Position numbers and translations under genes: made by a program. Shown piece by piece: positions 49,923 to 59,118 of a DNA stretch of 64,000 nucleotides (positions are counted from its first letter, which is position 1; each line of letters opens with the position of its first letter). Under the pieces are notes generated by a model, which saw only the letters and a program-made list of their open reading frames with translations, was not told the origin of the DNA and ran no database searches. Origin of the DNA: Pseudomonas phage PhiPA3; the sequence record HQ630627.1, one strand, 5' to 3'.

Positions 49923-50344
49923 CCATGACAGTACGAGTCGTAATTCCGTTGTACAAGGGCGTTAGAGGGAACTTGAAACAGTTCTTTTATTCTAGGAATG
50001 GGGAGTTTGATAAGCGATTCGTCTGGTGGATTACGCCGATCGCGTGCTATATGCCAGATGGTTTAGCTGTGGGCGAACTGAAAACTGTACCTACAGTTAG
50101 TCGCTATGAAGGGCAGATCGAATTCGAGGTATGGGATAAGCTGCGTAGAGCTACACCAAAGTTAGTAGCCAAGGTAAAGATCGACGCAGATGACGATACT
50201 TATGAAGTCGAGCTTGAAGACTATTACATGACTCAACGACTACAATTGGAATTTAATCTCCATCAGTCAAACACCGTACATGAGTCTCAAGCGTTCAGGA
50301 ACAAGACTCACCATGGCGATTGGAGCTACAGAGACAAGGTCTAA
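49898..50344 (+). CDS. Hypothetical protein (148 aa; alternative start 49925)
   Basis: ORF only. Confidence 0.4.
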   Translation: MDWINAGVTMTVRVVIPLYKGVRGNLKQFFYSRNGEFDKRFVWWITPIACYMPDGLAVGELKTVPTVSRYEGQIEFEVWDKLRRATPKLVAKVKIDADDDTYEVELEDYYMTQRLQLEFNLHQSNTVHESQAFRNKTHHGDWSYRDKV

Positions 50345-50640
50345 TGCGGTTGAAGAAGACACTTAAGCGTAGATGGCGCCGCTGGCGTCGAGAACACCGG
50401 GGACGGGTGTTGGAATCCATTTCAAGTTCCCTACCTTTTTGTCAACTAGAACCTAAGGCAAAGCGTATGTCAGAAAAACAAAAGAACGCCGAACGCATCG
50501 CTGACTTGGAACAACTGCTAGATACCCAAGCCGAGCAGATGACGCAGCTGTGCACCAAGCTTAGTGAGCAAGGGAAACTGCTTGCATCCATGGGTGAGCG
50601 TCTAGCTAAGCTAGAAAACGAATGCCGACTCGGACAGTAA
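50344..50640 (+). CDS. Small protein with Arg-rich N-terminus and C-terminal coiled coil (about 98 aa; alternative start 50467)
   Basis: TAATG overlap with the upstream stop. C-terminal heptad-like ERIADLEQLLDTQAEQMTQLCTKLSEQGKLLASMGERLAKLENE. Confidence 0.4.
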   Translation: MRLKKTLKRRWRRWRREHRGRVLESISSSLPFCQLEPKAKRMSEKQKNAERIADLEQLLDTQAEQMTQLCTKLSEQGKLLASMGERLAKLENECRLGQ

Positions 50641-50642
50641 TT

Positions 50643-50672
50643 GGGAGTCCCTTTGCGGGACTCCATTTATCC
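50643..50672 (+). terminator. Intrinsic terminator GGAGTCCC-TTTG-CGGGACTCC + ATTTATCCC
   Basis: 8-bp stem. Confidence 0.65.
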
Positions 50673-50685
50673 CTCTGGAGGAATT

Positions 50686-51378
50686 ATGATTTACATTGGC
50701 GTCATTGATTGGAAGAAGTTTACCTTTTTCTGTGCGGAACTGAAAACTCCGCAAATCAGCAAGTTCGTTGCCGAGAAAGGTAGTGATCTGTATAAAGCCT
50801 TCGACCAATTCATTCGCGACAATATCGAGTGGATTCCACAGACGGCTTATAATCGGGAAACTCAAGTCATTGTACGTGTAAGCTGCCGACCAAACGATGT
50901 GATTGAGAGCAGCTACAACTACATCGTCAACTCCGACCTGTACGGTTATAAAGGTCGTGGTGTAGTTACCGAAAACCCTGCACTGGCGATGGTTGAACGC
51001 TTCACTGAACGGATGGAAGAATCTTTCGAGGTGAAGCTGGTTGATGAAGCTAATCCGTATCTCTTCGGTTTGGACCTAGCATGGCGTCCGGAAGCTCAAG
51101 AGTGCATCATTCGTTACACGGCTACTCTGAATATCGAGAAGGCCTGGGTGTTTAGGGCTACTGTTTATAATCAGGCCATCCCGGAAAATGAAAACGCGCC
51201 TTTCGCGATGCTCCGTAAGAAAGAACTAGGTGCACCAGATACAGATTGGGAAGACGTACGCGAACTGACTGAAGCGGAGTTCAATGAAGAATTCGCCAGT
51301 CCTACCTCGGGTGAAGTCGATCGTGTTATTGACGATATTCCGGCAGAGATTCGTCCGGAAGACGTAAACCCAAAATAA
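50686..51378 (+). CDS. Hypothetical protein (230 aa)
   Basis: SD TGGAGGAATT-ATG. Confidence 0.55.
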   Translation: MIYIGVIDWKKFTFFCAELKTPQISKFVAEKGSDLYKAFDQFIRDNIEWIPQTAYNRETQVIVRVSCRPNDVIESSYNYIVNSDLYGYKGRGVVTENPALAMVERFTERMEESFEVKLVDEANPYLFGLDLAWRPEAQECIIRYTATLNIEKAWVFRATVYNQAIPENENAPFAMLRKKELGAPDTDWEDVRELTEAEFNEEFASPTSGEVDRVIDDIPAEIRPEDVNPK

Positions 51379-51384
51379 CTTCAG

Positions 51385-51412
51385 TGGAGCCTTCGGGCTC
51401 CCTTTTATTTCG
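51385..51412 (+). terminator. Intrinsic terminator GGAGCC-TTCG-GGCTCC + CTTTTATTTCG
   Basis: Stem plus T tract. Confidence 0.7.
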
Positions 51413-51427
51413 ACAAAAGGAAAATGT

Positions 51428-52655
51428 AATGAGCTTTTTCAAAACCCTTAAAGATATTTTCTTCCCTGCTACGTTTTCAGAACGTGAAGAACTCAGTCGC
51501 GCCGAGATCCGGGCACAACACATTGCGGCTGAGGCAGCTGCTCAACAGGTATCGGTGGATGATCGTACCCGTCGAGAAAAAGCCGCATTAGAAGCACTCA
51601 ACGGCGACCTCCCTGTTGAAGTTTGCTATGGTGATGACATTATTGGCGTGTTCACCAAAGATGGTTATTTTGGAGCATATGACCGTAATACTTGGAAAGA
51701 AGTGGCTAGGGTAAAGGGCCTGAAGGAAGTTCCTTTCCAAGTACGCGATGTATTCATGACTCGAATCAGCGTAGTCAAGAAGGACACCACCCATACCCGT
51801 CAGCGCCCATCGGAACTCGAAGATGGATGGAAGCGAATCGTTAGCGCCTTTGATCACCTCGGTGTTAAAGTGGAAGTCGGCAAAAGAAAGGATGATATCC
51901 ATTGGATCCATCGCAGCTGGGAACACCTTAGTGCCAGAGAGCACTATAGCTTTATTCCCCAGGGAGCGGGTGTCCCTTGCCGTCGTAACGGTCTTTGGTT
52001 TGTGACGGGTTATGACACCGCGAGTAAAGAGCTGACCGTCGTGCGTTTAGAAGACGGGGTGATTGTGGACAAACGTACTCCGGCCGCTTGGGTATTCCAG
52101 GAACTGGAGTTCCAGAAAGATGAACTTGCCGATACATTGATTTGGTTCGATAACCCCATCAAGAAACTCAATGGCTCGATGGCCACTTACCTGATCTCGC
52201 ATCATGATGTTCGGGTTAGTCTGTATCCCATCGTAGATACCCAACTAAATAAACGGGCAGCATTCAGCTATTGGCGTAACCAGGGTTTGATGCGGTATCG
52301 CTTTGACTACGACGTAATTATCAACTTCAACAACCTCGGTATCATTCCTGGCGTAGATATCAGCGTGATGAAAGCAGAAGAGCTGATCGCTATGATTAAG
52401 CATTACATTCCTGCTACCGGGAATTGGATTGCAAATGGTGAAGTATGCCTGGAGCGCGTGAAGGTCAGTATCGATGGAGAGGTGTTCGATGGGGATCTGA
52501 GTGAAGCACTGAAAAGCAAGGATGTTGTACTGGATATCGATCTGGATCACGCTGAACTGACCGAAGAACAACAGCAAGTCATAGATCACCTACGTCGCGA
52601 AGAGTTCGATAAACAGGCTGTAACTTATACCTACCGCGGTAAGGTACTGGAGTAA
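51428..52655 (+). CDS. Hypothetical protein (409 aa)
   Basis: SD AAAGGAAAATGTA-ATG. The track ORF is 5'-extended across the terminator. Confidence 0.55.
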
Positions 52656-52719
52656 TAATGGATAAAAGGTATCGTTCCTACCTTTATATTCTGACCTAAC
52701 AACCAAAGGTACCAACGTG

Positions 52720-53088
52720 ATGCAATGTTTTACACACGTAACGCGACTTCTGGTTGTAGCGGCCCTTGTGGTACTGCCGTTGCAAGCAAAGTCAGCTGAG
52801 GTGGTTGATACGGATGGGATTTGTCATATGACTGCCCTCCTGGATCAGGCTACTGCCGAAGCACGGGATCGAGGTGATACCGTGAATCAGCAGCAGGGCG
52901 CCCTCCTCGCCCTTCAAAAAGGGTACGGCGTGAAGAACAAAGATAACGTTCTTTACAGCGTCTTACCGAAAGCGATACAAGAAGTCCGTAGTGTCTATCA
53001 GAAGCGACAGCCTCCGAAAGAAGCTTATGTGACTGCTTATAACGCCTGTATGTCAGACCGTTTCAACCGGATGGTTGCAGCGCAGTAG
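52720..53088 (+). CDS. Exported small protein (signal peptide; 122 aa)
   Basis: MQCFTHVTRLLVVAALVVLPLQA then KSAEV looks like a Sec signal. Confidence 0.5.
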   Translation: MQCFTHVTRLLVVAALVVLPLQAKSAEVVDTDGICHMTALLDQATAEARDRGDTVNQQQGALLALQKGYGVKNKDNVLYSVLPKAIQEVRSVYQKRQPPKEAYVTAYNACMSDRFNRMVAAQ

Positions 53089-53097
53089 TATCATACT

Positions 53098-53122
53098 GCC
53101 TCCCTGCGGGGAGGCTTTATGT
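53098..53122 (+). terminator. Intrinsic terminator GCCTCCC-TGC-GGGGAGGC + TTTATG
   Basis: Perfect stem directly after the stop. Confidence 0.65.
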
Positions 53123-53227
53123 CATCTTAGAGAAAAGTTACCCTCCATTGAAATAACATGCACGCGTAGCAAGGAACAAGCTTTCGGCCATTCGTTCGAA
53201 GCTGGGCTGGATGTAAGCGGTATAAAG

Positions 53228-53268
53228 CGGGAGCCTTCGGGCTCCCTGCTTTTCCTTTTCTTTTTTGC
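53228..53268 (+). terminator. Intrinsic terminator GGGAGCC-TTCG-GGCTCCC + long T tract (TGCTTTTCCTTTTCTTTTTTG)
   Basis: Strongest T tract in the window. Sits about 105 nt after the previous terminator. Confidence 0.75.
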
Positions 53269-53270
53269 CA

Positions 53271-53304
53271 TTAAATTTTATTTCAAATCTATATTACGTC
53301 TTTG
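53271..53304 (+). promoter_or_regulatory. Promoter-like motif copy 4 (TTAAATTTTATTTCAAATCTATATTACGTCTTTG)
   Basis: Identical to the copy at 34519. 31 bp upstream of the 53336 gene. Confidence 0.55.
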
Positions 53305-53335
53305 CTGAACCAACACTCAATCATTAGGGGTAATC

Positions 53336-54124
53336 ATGATCACGCTTAAAAAGTCGCTGACCCAGTGCACGCTGGATAGCTGGTATACCTTCATGGCTGA
53401 GAACAGCCTGTCTCGTTTTGATTGTCTGATTGATATTGGCTATCTGGATGAACCACTGCGTAAGATTCTGGAGAAGCACCCGATGTACCGTGGGGATGGT
53501 ACCATTCTCCTGAACCTGTCTGTGAATGCCTGTAAGCACATTAACTACAGAGGCGATGCATTTACCGGTGAGATCGGTCTTCAGGGTCGTCCGACTTCCC
53601 TGTATATCCCGTACCATGCGTTCGTTTCATTGCAGATTCCGCTGTCGGAAACGGCTACAGTAGAAGCCAGTTTCCCGATCTACGACCGACTGGTATTCGA
53701 TGCTCAGAACCCCACCTTCGTACACCCGTACGCTGAAGCTGGGCAACAATCGCTCCTCACTATTGCTCCTGAAGCTGTAGTGAAGTGGATGCACAATGAA
53801 GGCCACACTGAGTGTAATGTCCACAACGTCGGTGAGTTCATTAAGTACGTATGGCCTAATGGTGTACCGATGGAAGTCCAAGAATATTTGGTCGAAGAAA
53901 CCGCCAATATGCTCCGCGACCATCAAATGGCTGTACTGCAAAAGCAGTCTGCACAAGCTCCGGTTCCTTCGAATGACGATCGTATCCCGTTTGAAGAAGC
54001 TGAAATCAAACCCCTGCTGGAATTCCCTGATCTCTCGGCCAATAAAGTTGTTCTGCAACAGCCGGTGGCGTCGAAGTTCAAAGGCAAGCCAACCCTGACT
54101 CTGATTAAAGGAGGTAAGAAGTGA
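53336..54124 (+). CDS. Hypothetical protein (262 aa)
   Basis: SD AGGGGTAATC-ATG. Confidence 0.55.
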   Translation: MITLKKSLTQCTLDSWYTFMAENSLSRFDCLIDIGYLDEPLRKILEKHPMYRGDGTILLNLSVNACKHINYRGDAFTGEIGLQGRPTSLYIPYHAFVSLQIPLSETATVEASFPIYDRLVFDAQNPTFVHPYAEAGQQSLLTIAPEAVVKWMHNEGHTECNVHNVGEFIKYVWPNGVPMEVQEYLVEETANMLRDHQMAVLQKQSAQAPVPSNDDRIPFEEAEIKPLLEFPDLSANKVVLQQPVASKFKGKPTLTLIKGGKK

Positions 54125-54390
54125 GTGCTTCTGTCGTTGTAGGTCTTCCGACTGTTCTGCTTAGTACCATTCTCACTGCTGGGGTACAAGGTCCTGCGGG
54201 TAATAGTCAACTGGCCCAGGACTTCGAGTCTAAGGAAGCTTGCTGGCAAGCAATAGGTGCAATTCAACAAGCAACAGGTACCAATGGCGTAAAAGTACAC
54301 CAGATCGAACAAGGTGTTGTCCTTGAATATAGTTTTGAGGGCAAGAACATCCGTCGTGAAATGGTTTGTGTTAGCAAGCACAAACAGTGA
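54121..54390 (+). CDS. Hypothetical small protein (89 aa, GTG/ATGA-coupled)
   Basis: Overlaps the upstream stop. Confidence 0.4.
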   Translation: MSASVVVGLPTVLLSTILTAGVQGPAGNSQLAQDFESKEACWQAIGAIQQATGTNGVKVHQIEQGVVLEYSFEGKNIRREMVCVSKHKQ

Positions 54391-54394
54391 ATGA

Positions 54395-54425
54395 GGGGAG
54401 TCCTACGGGACTCCCTTTATATCCC
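54395..54425 (+). terminator. Intrinsic terminator GGGAGTCC-TAC-GGGACTCCC + TTTATATCCCC
   Basis: 8-bp stem. Confidence 0.65.
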
Positions 54426-54448
54426 CTTCTCTTTTAGAGGCTTTAACA

Positions 54449-55201
54449 ATGAACCGACACAATTCCGAGGAAGTTCGCCAACTGATCGCCGATACGGCTG
54501 TGCAACTGGATACGCTGATGGAGAGTAATCACCTCAATGGCATCCGTTTCACTTTCGTGGCACCCAGTGAGGAGACCTTCAACGAACTGTCCAAGATCAT
54601 TCATGAAGTTGAAAACCTGGGTCACACCATGCGTGTGCTGCGTGGGTCTCTCCATGACTTCAAAGAAATCATGGACGCTCAAGACTTTATCGTCACCGCT
54701 GGTAACAGTTACGGACACATGACTGGTGGTCTGGATGGTGCTCTGGCTGATATCTATCCTGATCTGATCAAACGCGTTCCATCTACCATTGCTCTTAAGT
54801 GTCATGGCGAGCTCAATGTGGGTGATGGTGTACTGGTGCATCGACATATCCAAGAACCCATCTACGAGAAGATCGTGTACAAGGATCAATACCTGGTTTA
54901 CGTGCCGACCATGCGTACTCCACGTCGGTTGGCAAAAGGTAGTGATGTACCTTATCTGGCTACCCACAAGGCCCTGAGTCTGATTCGCCAAGGCCTGATC
55001 CAACATCCTACCTTCCGTAATGTGTTCATGACCCTCATGGGTACTGGCACTGGTAACATTCCCGTGAAGGTAGCAGTCGAGCAATTCCTGCTGGCTCTTC
55101 GGAAAGCTACTCGGATTGTCAATGTTAAGAAGCTGTTCGATGATGGTAAAGACGTCGACCATGAACTGGTTAACATTTGGAAAAGGTATGGCAATGAGTA
55201 A
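54449..55201 (+). CDS. Macro-domain protein (ADP-ribose binding/hydrolase fold)
   Basis: DFIVTAGNSYGHMTGGLDGAL matches the macro signature (D-x-IVNAAN-x-L-x-GGGG-VDGAI). Downstream TLMGTGTGNIP matches the diphosphate-binding loop. Confidence 0.7.
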   Translation: MNRHNSEEVRQLIADTAVQLDTLMESNHLNGIRFTFVAPSEETFNELSKIIHEVENLGHTMRVLRGSLHDFKEIMDAQDFIVTAGNSYGHMTGGLDGALADIYPDLIKRVPSTIALKCHGELNVGDGVLVHRHIQEPIYEKIVYKDQYLVYVPTMRTPRRLAKGSDVPYLATHKALSLIRQGLIQHPTFRNVFMTLMGTGTGNIPVKVAVEQFLLALRKATRIVNVKKLFDDGKDVDHELVNIWKRYGNE

Positions 55202-55589
55202 GGACAACGTGGGGTTAACGGTCGCACAGCGCAAGATTTACTTGGATGCGCTGGATCCAGTTATTCAAAAGATCGCATATGTCATCGATAAGGATCACAA
55301 AGGTTACGAGCCTGAAGTGCAGGTGAACTTAGCTAATCGCAGCTATGACATTATCTGCACGGAGTTCATGAAGTTCAATATGCAGCGTCGAGATGACAGT
55401 CCGCAATGGCAGTCGTTCTTCGACCAGCTCAAAGTGCCTCGTGAACTTCCCCCACGTGAGTCTGAGCAAACTGAGTACGAATGGCTGTCGATGGCTGCCC
55501 GTTCTCAGAAAGCCAAAGAGATGCAAGCAGCAATGAAGTTAGACTCTGTTGACAGAGACTACGTCAATACTTGGACGGGAAAAGTATGA
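55188..55589 (+). CDS. Hypothetical protein (about 133 aa)
   Basis: In-frame ATG at 55188/55194 overlaps the macro gene stop. Confidence 0.45.
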   Translation: MAMSKDNVGLTVAQRKIYLDALDPVIQKIAYVIDKDHKGYEPEVQVNLANRSYDIICTEFMKFNMQRRDDSPQWQSFFDQLKVPRELPPRESEQTEYEWLSMAARSQKAKEMQAAMKLDSVDRDYVNTWTGKV

Positions 55590-55837
55590 GCGAAGAAGAT
55601 TACGTCGCATCTCAAATTCAACATGGTATTTGTCAGGAATTCCGTAAGGCTTACAAAGCAAAGATTGCTGTCTACAACTGCGAAGACATGCGAGTCAGCT
55701 TGGTCTACGAAGATGGCCGTGTTGAACACTACCAACTCCAACACCCGACCGTCGTTTGCGATCCCGATGCTAGTCGTATCGTAGATGTCACCTACGACTT
55801 CTCCATGATTGTCGGCAACAAACCAACTCTCCACTAA
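55571..55837 (+). CDS. Hypothetical small protein (88 aa)
   Basis: Overlapping start. Confidence 0.4.
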   Translation: MDGKSMSEEDYVASQIQHGICQEFRKAYKAKIAVYNCEDMRVSLVYEDGRVEHYQLQHPTVVCDPDASRIVDVTYDFSMIVGNKPTLH

Positions 55838-55846
55838 GGAAATACA

Positions 55847-57277
55847 ATGCACGCTTATCTCCAGCTGTTGGAAGACATCAAGAAATACGGTGTCTTCAAA
55901 GGAGATCGAACCGGGACTGGTACTCAGTCCCTTTTCGGTCGTCAGTTCCGTTTTGATCTGAAAGACAACAACCTGCCGGTTGTGACCACCAAGTTCGTTC
56001 ATACCCCGTCGGTTGAAGTCGAACACGTCTGGATGAAGAACGGTCTCACTAACCTGAAGTTCCTGCTCGATCACAACGTGCGGATCTGGAACGAATGGTG
56101 CAAGCCGGGTACTGAAGTGCGCGTACCGGTGGACGAAGGTGAGCTGGTTGATCTGGTTCAACGCAAGTTCAAGTACGTTGACTTCGAAATGCACCACAGC
56201 AATGAAATCGAAGAAGACTACAAGTTCATCCTAGATGGTGCTCGTACCAACGGCGAGAAAGGTGCGGTACTGCTGATGAGTGGTAAAGCCTGGATGGATG
56301 TCGAGCGTTTCGGCCCAGGCCCCACTACTTACGACTTCTATGGTCATGCTCGTCGAGTCTGGCAAATCGTCTGCGGAGAAACTACTACCCTTAAAGTAGG
56401 GGAAGACGGCTTTGTTTACCGTCTCGTAGATGGTGATCTGGGTCCGGTGTATGGTAAGACCTGGCGTAATATCGAGGACACTCGGATCATCAAGAAGGCT
56501 GAACTCCAGAACTTCTTGGATCGTAAGTTCACATTCGTGGTGGATGTACCGGGTACATCTCTGGAAACCGATCGAGCTGTAGTTACCCGTAATATCGATC
56601 AACTGGCTGAACTGCTCCATGACCTGGAACACAATCCGGATTCGCGGCGTCTGATCATCTGTGCCTGGGACCCGGCTCTGGTTGATGAACAGGCATTGCC
56701 TCCGTGCCACGCATTTATTCAGTTCTGGACTCGTAAGCTGGAACTGTCCGAACGTCTGAGTCTGTGGGTTTCCAATAATGCCAATGAATTCATCAAGCAT
56801 CTGTTGGATTATAAGGGGGATTGGCCGACTCAAAACGTTATTGACATCGTCAACACTGGCGAATACCAACAAGTCATTACTCAGGTAGCCGAAAGTGATT
56901 GGCTGAAGTTTGTAGAAGCATCGGGTATTGATCTGACTGGTATTCCTGAACGAGGCATTAGTTGCCAACTCTACCAGCGATCAGTTGACGCATTCCTTGG
57001 TTTGCCCTTTAACATCACCTTCTACTCGATCATGACTCATGCACTGGCCAACCAGTTCAACATGGTTGCAGAAGAGTTCATCTGGACTGGGGGTGATTGC
57101 CACATTTATTCCAACCACCAAGAACAGACTGATCTACAACTGACTCGGAATACGTTCCCGACTCCGAAGATTCATTTCCGTGAGAAAGGTAAACCGTATC
57201 TGGAACTGGACGTAGGTGATTTCGTGATCGAAGGTTATGAGTATCACCCACACATTGCTGGCAAGGTAGCCGTCTAA
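55847..57277 (+). CDS. thyA: Thymidylate synthase (ThyA family) with three large insertions; dUMP hydroxymethylase not excluded
   Basis: N-terminal DRTGTGTQSLFGRQFRFDL. Catalytic LPPCHAFIQFW, CQLYQRSVDAFLGLPFNI, WTGGDCHIYSNH. 476 aa against about 265-320. Confidence 0.75.
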   Translation: MHAYLQLLEDIKKYGVFKGDRTGTGTQSLFGRQFRFDLKDNNLPVVTTKFVHTPSVEVEHVWMKNGLTNLKFLLDHNVRIWNEWCKPGTEVRVPVDEGELVDLVQRKFKYVDFEMHHSNEIEEDYKFILDGARTNGEKGAVLLMSGKAWMDVERFGPGPTTYDFYGHARRVWQIVCGETTTLKVGEDGFVYRLVDGDLGPVYGKTWRNIEDTRIIKKAELQNFLDRKFTFVVDVPGTSLETDRAVVTRNIDQLAELLHDLEHNPDSRRLIICAWDPALVDEQALPPCHAFIQFWTRKLELSERLSLWVSNNANEFIKHLLDYKGDWPTQNVIDIVNTGEYQQVITQVAESDWLKFVEASGIDLTGIPERGISCQLYQRSVDAFLGLPFNITFYSIMTHALANQFNMVAEEFIWTGGDCHIYSNHQEQTDLQLTRNTFPTPKIHFREKGKPYLELDVGDFVIEGYEYHPHIAGKVAV

Positions 57278-57537
57278 TGGAAAAGACCACGTTATCGTTG
57301 GAAGAACGTTGTACCTATGGAGCTCGTCAATCGATCCGTAAGGAAAGTGAGGCATCCAATGGGTATTTTGTTTGCAACAGTTTCACAATCGGTAACGTGG
57401 CTTCTCTCAAGATCTGGCAGAAGCCCAATGTCACCGATGAAGAACTACACGTCAAGTTAGATCAGATGGGTTATCCGAAATATCTGGAAGACGTGGATCC
57501 TGTTGACCTTGTTAAACAAGAAGATACCAATGTATAA
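57277..57537 (+). CDS. Hypothetical small protein (86 aa)
   Basis: TAATG overlap. Confidence 0.45.
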   Translation: MEKTTLSLEERCTYGARQSIRKESEASNGYFVCNSFTIGNVASLKIWQKPNVTDEELHVKLDQMGYPKYLEDVDPVDLVKQEDTNV

Positions 57538-57757
57538 ACATGTAGTAGATGGAAATGAATTGAGCAGTGCAGCCATTGATGTATTCCGCAGACTGTTCAA
57601 GAAAGGTTCCCAAGATGATGGTGATCTACCGTCCAAGTCGGGGATGCTGGAACTGATCCGTTGTGGCTTCGCCATGAAGGATTACACTATGGAATTACCT
57701 AACCGGCTGACGGTGGTAGGTCAGGAAGCTGCTGAACGTTTCTTTGGAGTACGTTAA
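57530..57757 (+). CDS. Hypothetical small protein (75 aa)
   Basis: ATG overlaps the upstream stop. Confidence 0.4.
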   Translation: MYKHVVDGNELSSAAIDVFRRLFKKGSQDDGDLPSKSGMLELIRCGFAMKDYTMELPNRLTVVGQEAAERFFGVR

Positions 57758-58062
57758 TGCTTGAACAATCCCAGAACTGCTTCAAAATCAACTACGCTGA
57801 AATCATCGGTAACGAAGGTAAAACCGACGGTAAGCCGCTTACTGCTTTCGGTGATGAAGCCGAAGTTCAACGTCGGCTGCAAGAGCTGGTTGACAAAGAC
57901 ATCCTGCGTTGTTCGATTCATTGGGGCGCGCATGACTACGCCACCTTCGATATCGATGTTCCGGGTACCGACCAGGTTCAAATCCTGAAGCCCGGTGACC
58001 GTGTGAATTTCGTTGGTGATTCGTACGAAATCGTTATCGATCCATCTAACAAGGAAGAGTAA
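57757..58062 (+). CDS. Hypothetical protein (101 aa)
   Basis: TAATG overlap. Confidence 0.45.
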   Translation: MLEQSQNCFKINYAEIIGNEGKTDGKPLTAFGDEAEVQRRLQELVDKDILRCSIHWGAHDYATFDIDVPGTDQVQILKPGDRVNFVGDSYEIVIDPSNKEE

Positions 58063-58748
58063 TGTCTACGACTAGACTGGAATACATCCTCGAAAAGATT
58101 GCCATCTCTGGTAATGGTGAACAATTCAAGCACAACTTCTGTACTTACCGAAATGGTCAAGTACTTGGGTTGGGTCGTCCTGGCGTCACCAGTCGGAAAC
58201 TACGTGATTGGTTGTTCACCCAGAATGCTCACCAGTTCCTGAGTGAAGAGGACATTAGTTATCTGATTCACTGCATGGACGCCTACAGCGCAACTGTGCA
58301 TGATGACCTCAATGAGTTCCTTTGTGAGCTGGGTCTGTGGTCTCCGGGGAAAGAATCTCCTGTGGATTGTCTGGCTGCGTTCACCTACCGTCTGTTCCAT
58401 GGAGACTTCGTTTCGTACGAGCGTTTCCAGCGTAACAGTCGTTTTGCTGAGGCAGCTTATGGCGCTGATATGGCTACTGAGGTATCTTACAGTAAGCCTA
58501 TACCAGTATTCACCAAGACACTGGAAGAGGCTGACCTCTGGTACGAATTTGGACAAGAGATCGCTCCGATCAATGAAGATGGTATTCGCCGTCTACCTGA
58601 GGACAAGAAGATTGTCCGGGACTGGTTGAACCAGCACAATCTCCCGTTGGTGTACACCTGCTTCGACTTCAGTCCGGAGCCTGTACCCGAGGTTGATGCA
58701 TCCGATGGTGAAAAGGTTCAGGAACACAAGTGTGCCATCTGTCAATAA
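58062..58748 (+). CDS. Hypothetical protein (228 aa)
   Basis: TAATG overlap. Confidence 0.5.
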   Translation: MSTTRLEYILEKIAISGNGEQFKHNFCTYRNGQVLGLGRPGVTSRKLRDWLFTQNAHQFLSEEDISYLIHCMDAYSATVHDDLNEFLCELGLWSPGKESPVDCLAAFTYRLFHGDFVSYERFQRNSRFAEAAYGADMATEVSYSKPIPVFTKTLEEADLWYEFGQEIAPINEDGIRRLPEDKKIVRDWLNQHNLPLVYTCFDFSPEPVPEVDASDGEKVQEHKCAICQ

Positions 58749-58784
58749 CTACTCAAGTAACGACATGAGGCTAAGGAGAACTCC

Positions 58785-59009
58785 ATGGGTACTCTGAAGA
58801 CGGACTACATACGCTGCCCCACTCCGCAAGGGGGTGGGGGCGAATGTGAGTCAATCAAATGTCAAGCGACAAATCCAAAAAGCAGTATCGTCATCACCAT
58901 GAGCAACGCCACGTTAAAGCACAGGTGGCTATCTGGCGGTTCTACAACCAACAGGCAGCCAGTCTCGACGACCGCCGGCTCGGTCGGATGCGTAAAGAAC
59001 ACGCATTAA
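58785..59009 (+). CDS. Small Cys-containing protein (74 aa); the overlapping alternative-frame ORF 58859..59116 may instead, or also, be coding
   Basis: Strong SD AAGGAGAACTCC-ATG. The alternative ORF ends 2 nt before the terminator. Confidence 0.4.
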   Translation: MGTLKTDYIRCPTPQGGGGECESIKCQATNPKSSIVITMSNATLKHRWLSGGSTTNRQPVSTTAGSVGCVKNTH

Positions 59010-59118
59010 ACTGTGGTCGCTCTCACTGTATGCTCTGTGTGAATCCTCGTCGGACTTGGGGTCGTAAGACTCTGGCCGAAAAGGTAGCGGATATTCGCTT
59101 TAAGGAACAACAATAATA

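Noticed and set aside
53075-53308. 77-aa plus-strand ORF
   Set aside because: It reads straight through two intrinsic terminator hairpins and a promoter-like motif, so it is not a plausible coding region.
53627-55234. Minus-strand ORFs (143, 152 and 263 aa) opposite the 53336, 54121 and macro-domain genes
   Set aside because: They are antisense to SD-preceded, motif-supported plus genes. The whole 34.6-64 kb region is transcribed rightward, with plus-strand terminators only.
55559-56968. Minus-strand ORFs of 212 and 245 aa
   Set aside because: They are antisense to the thymidylate synthase gene.
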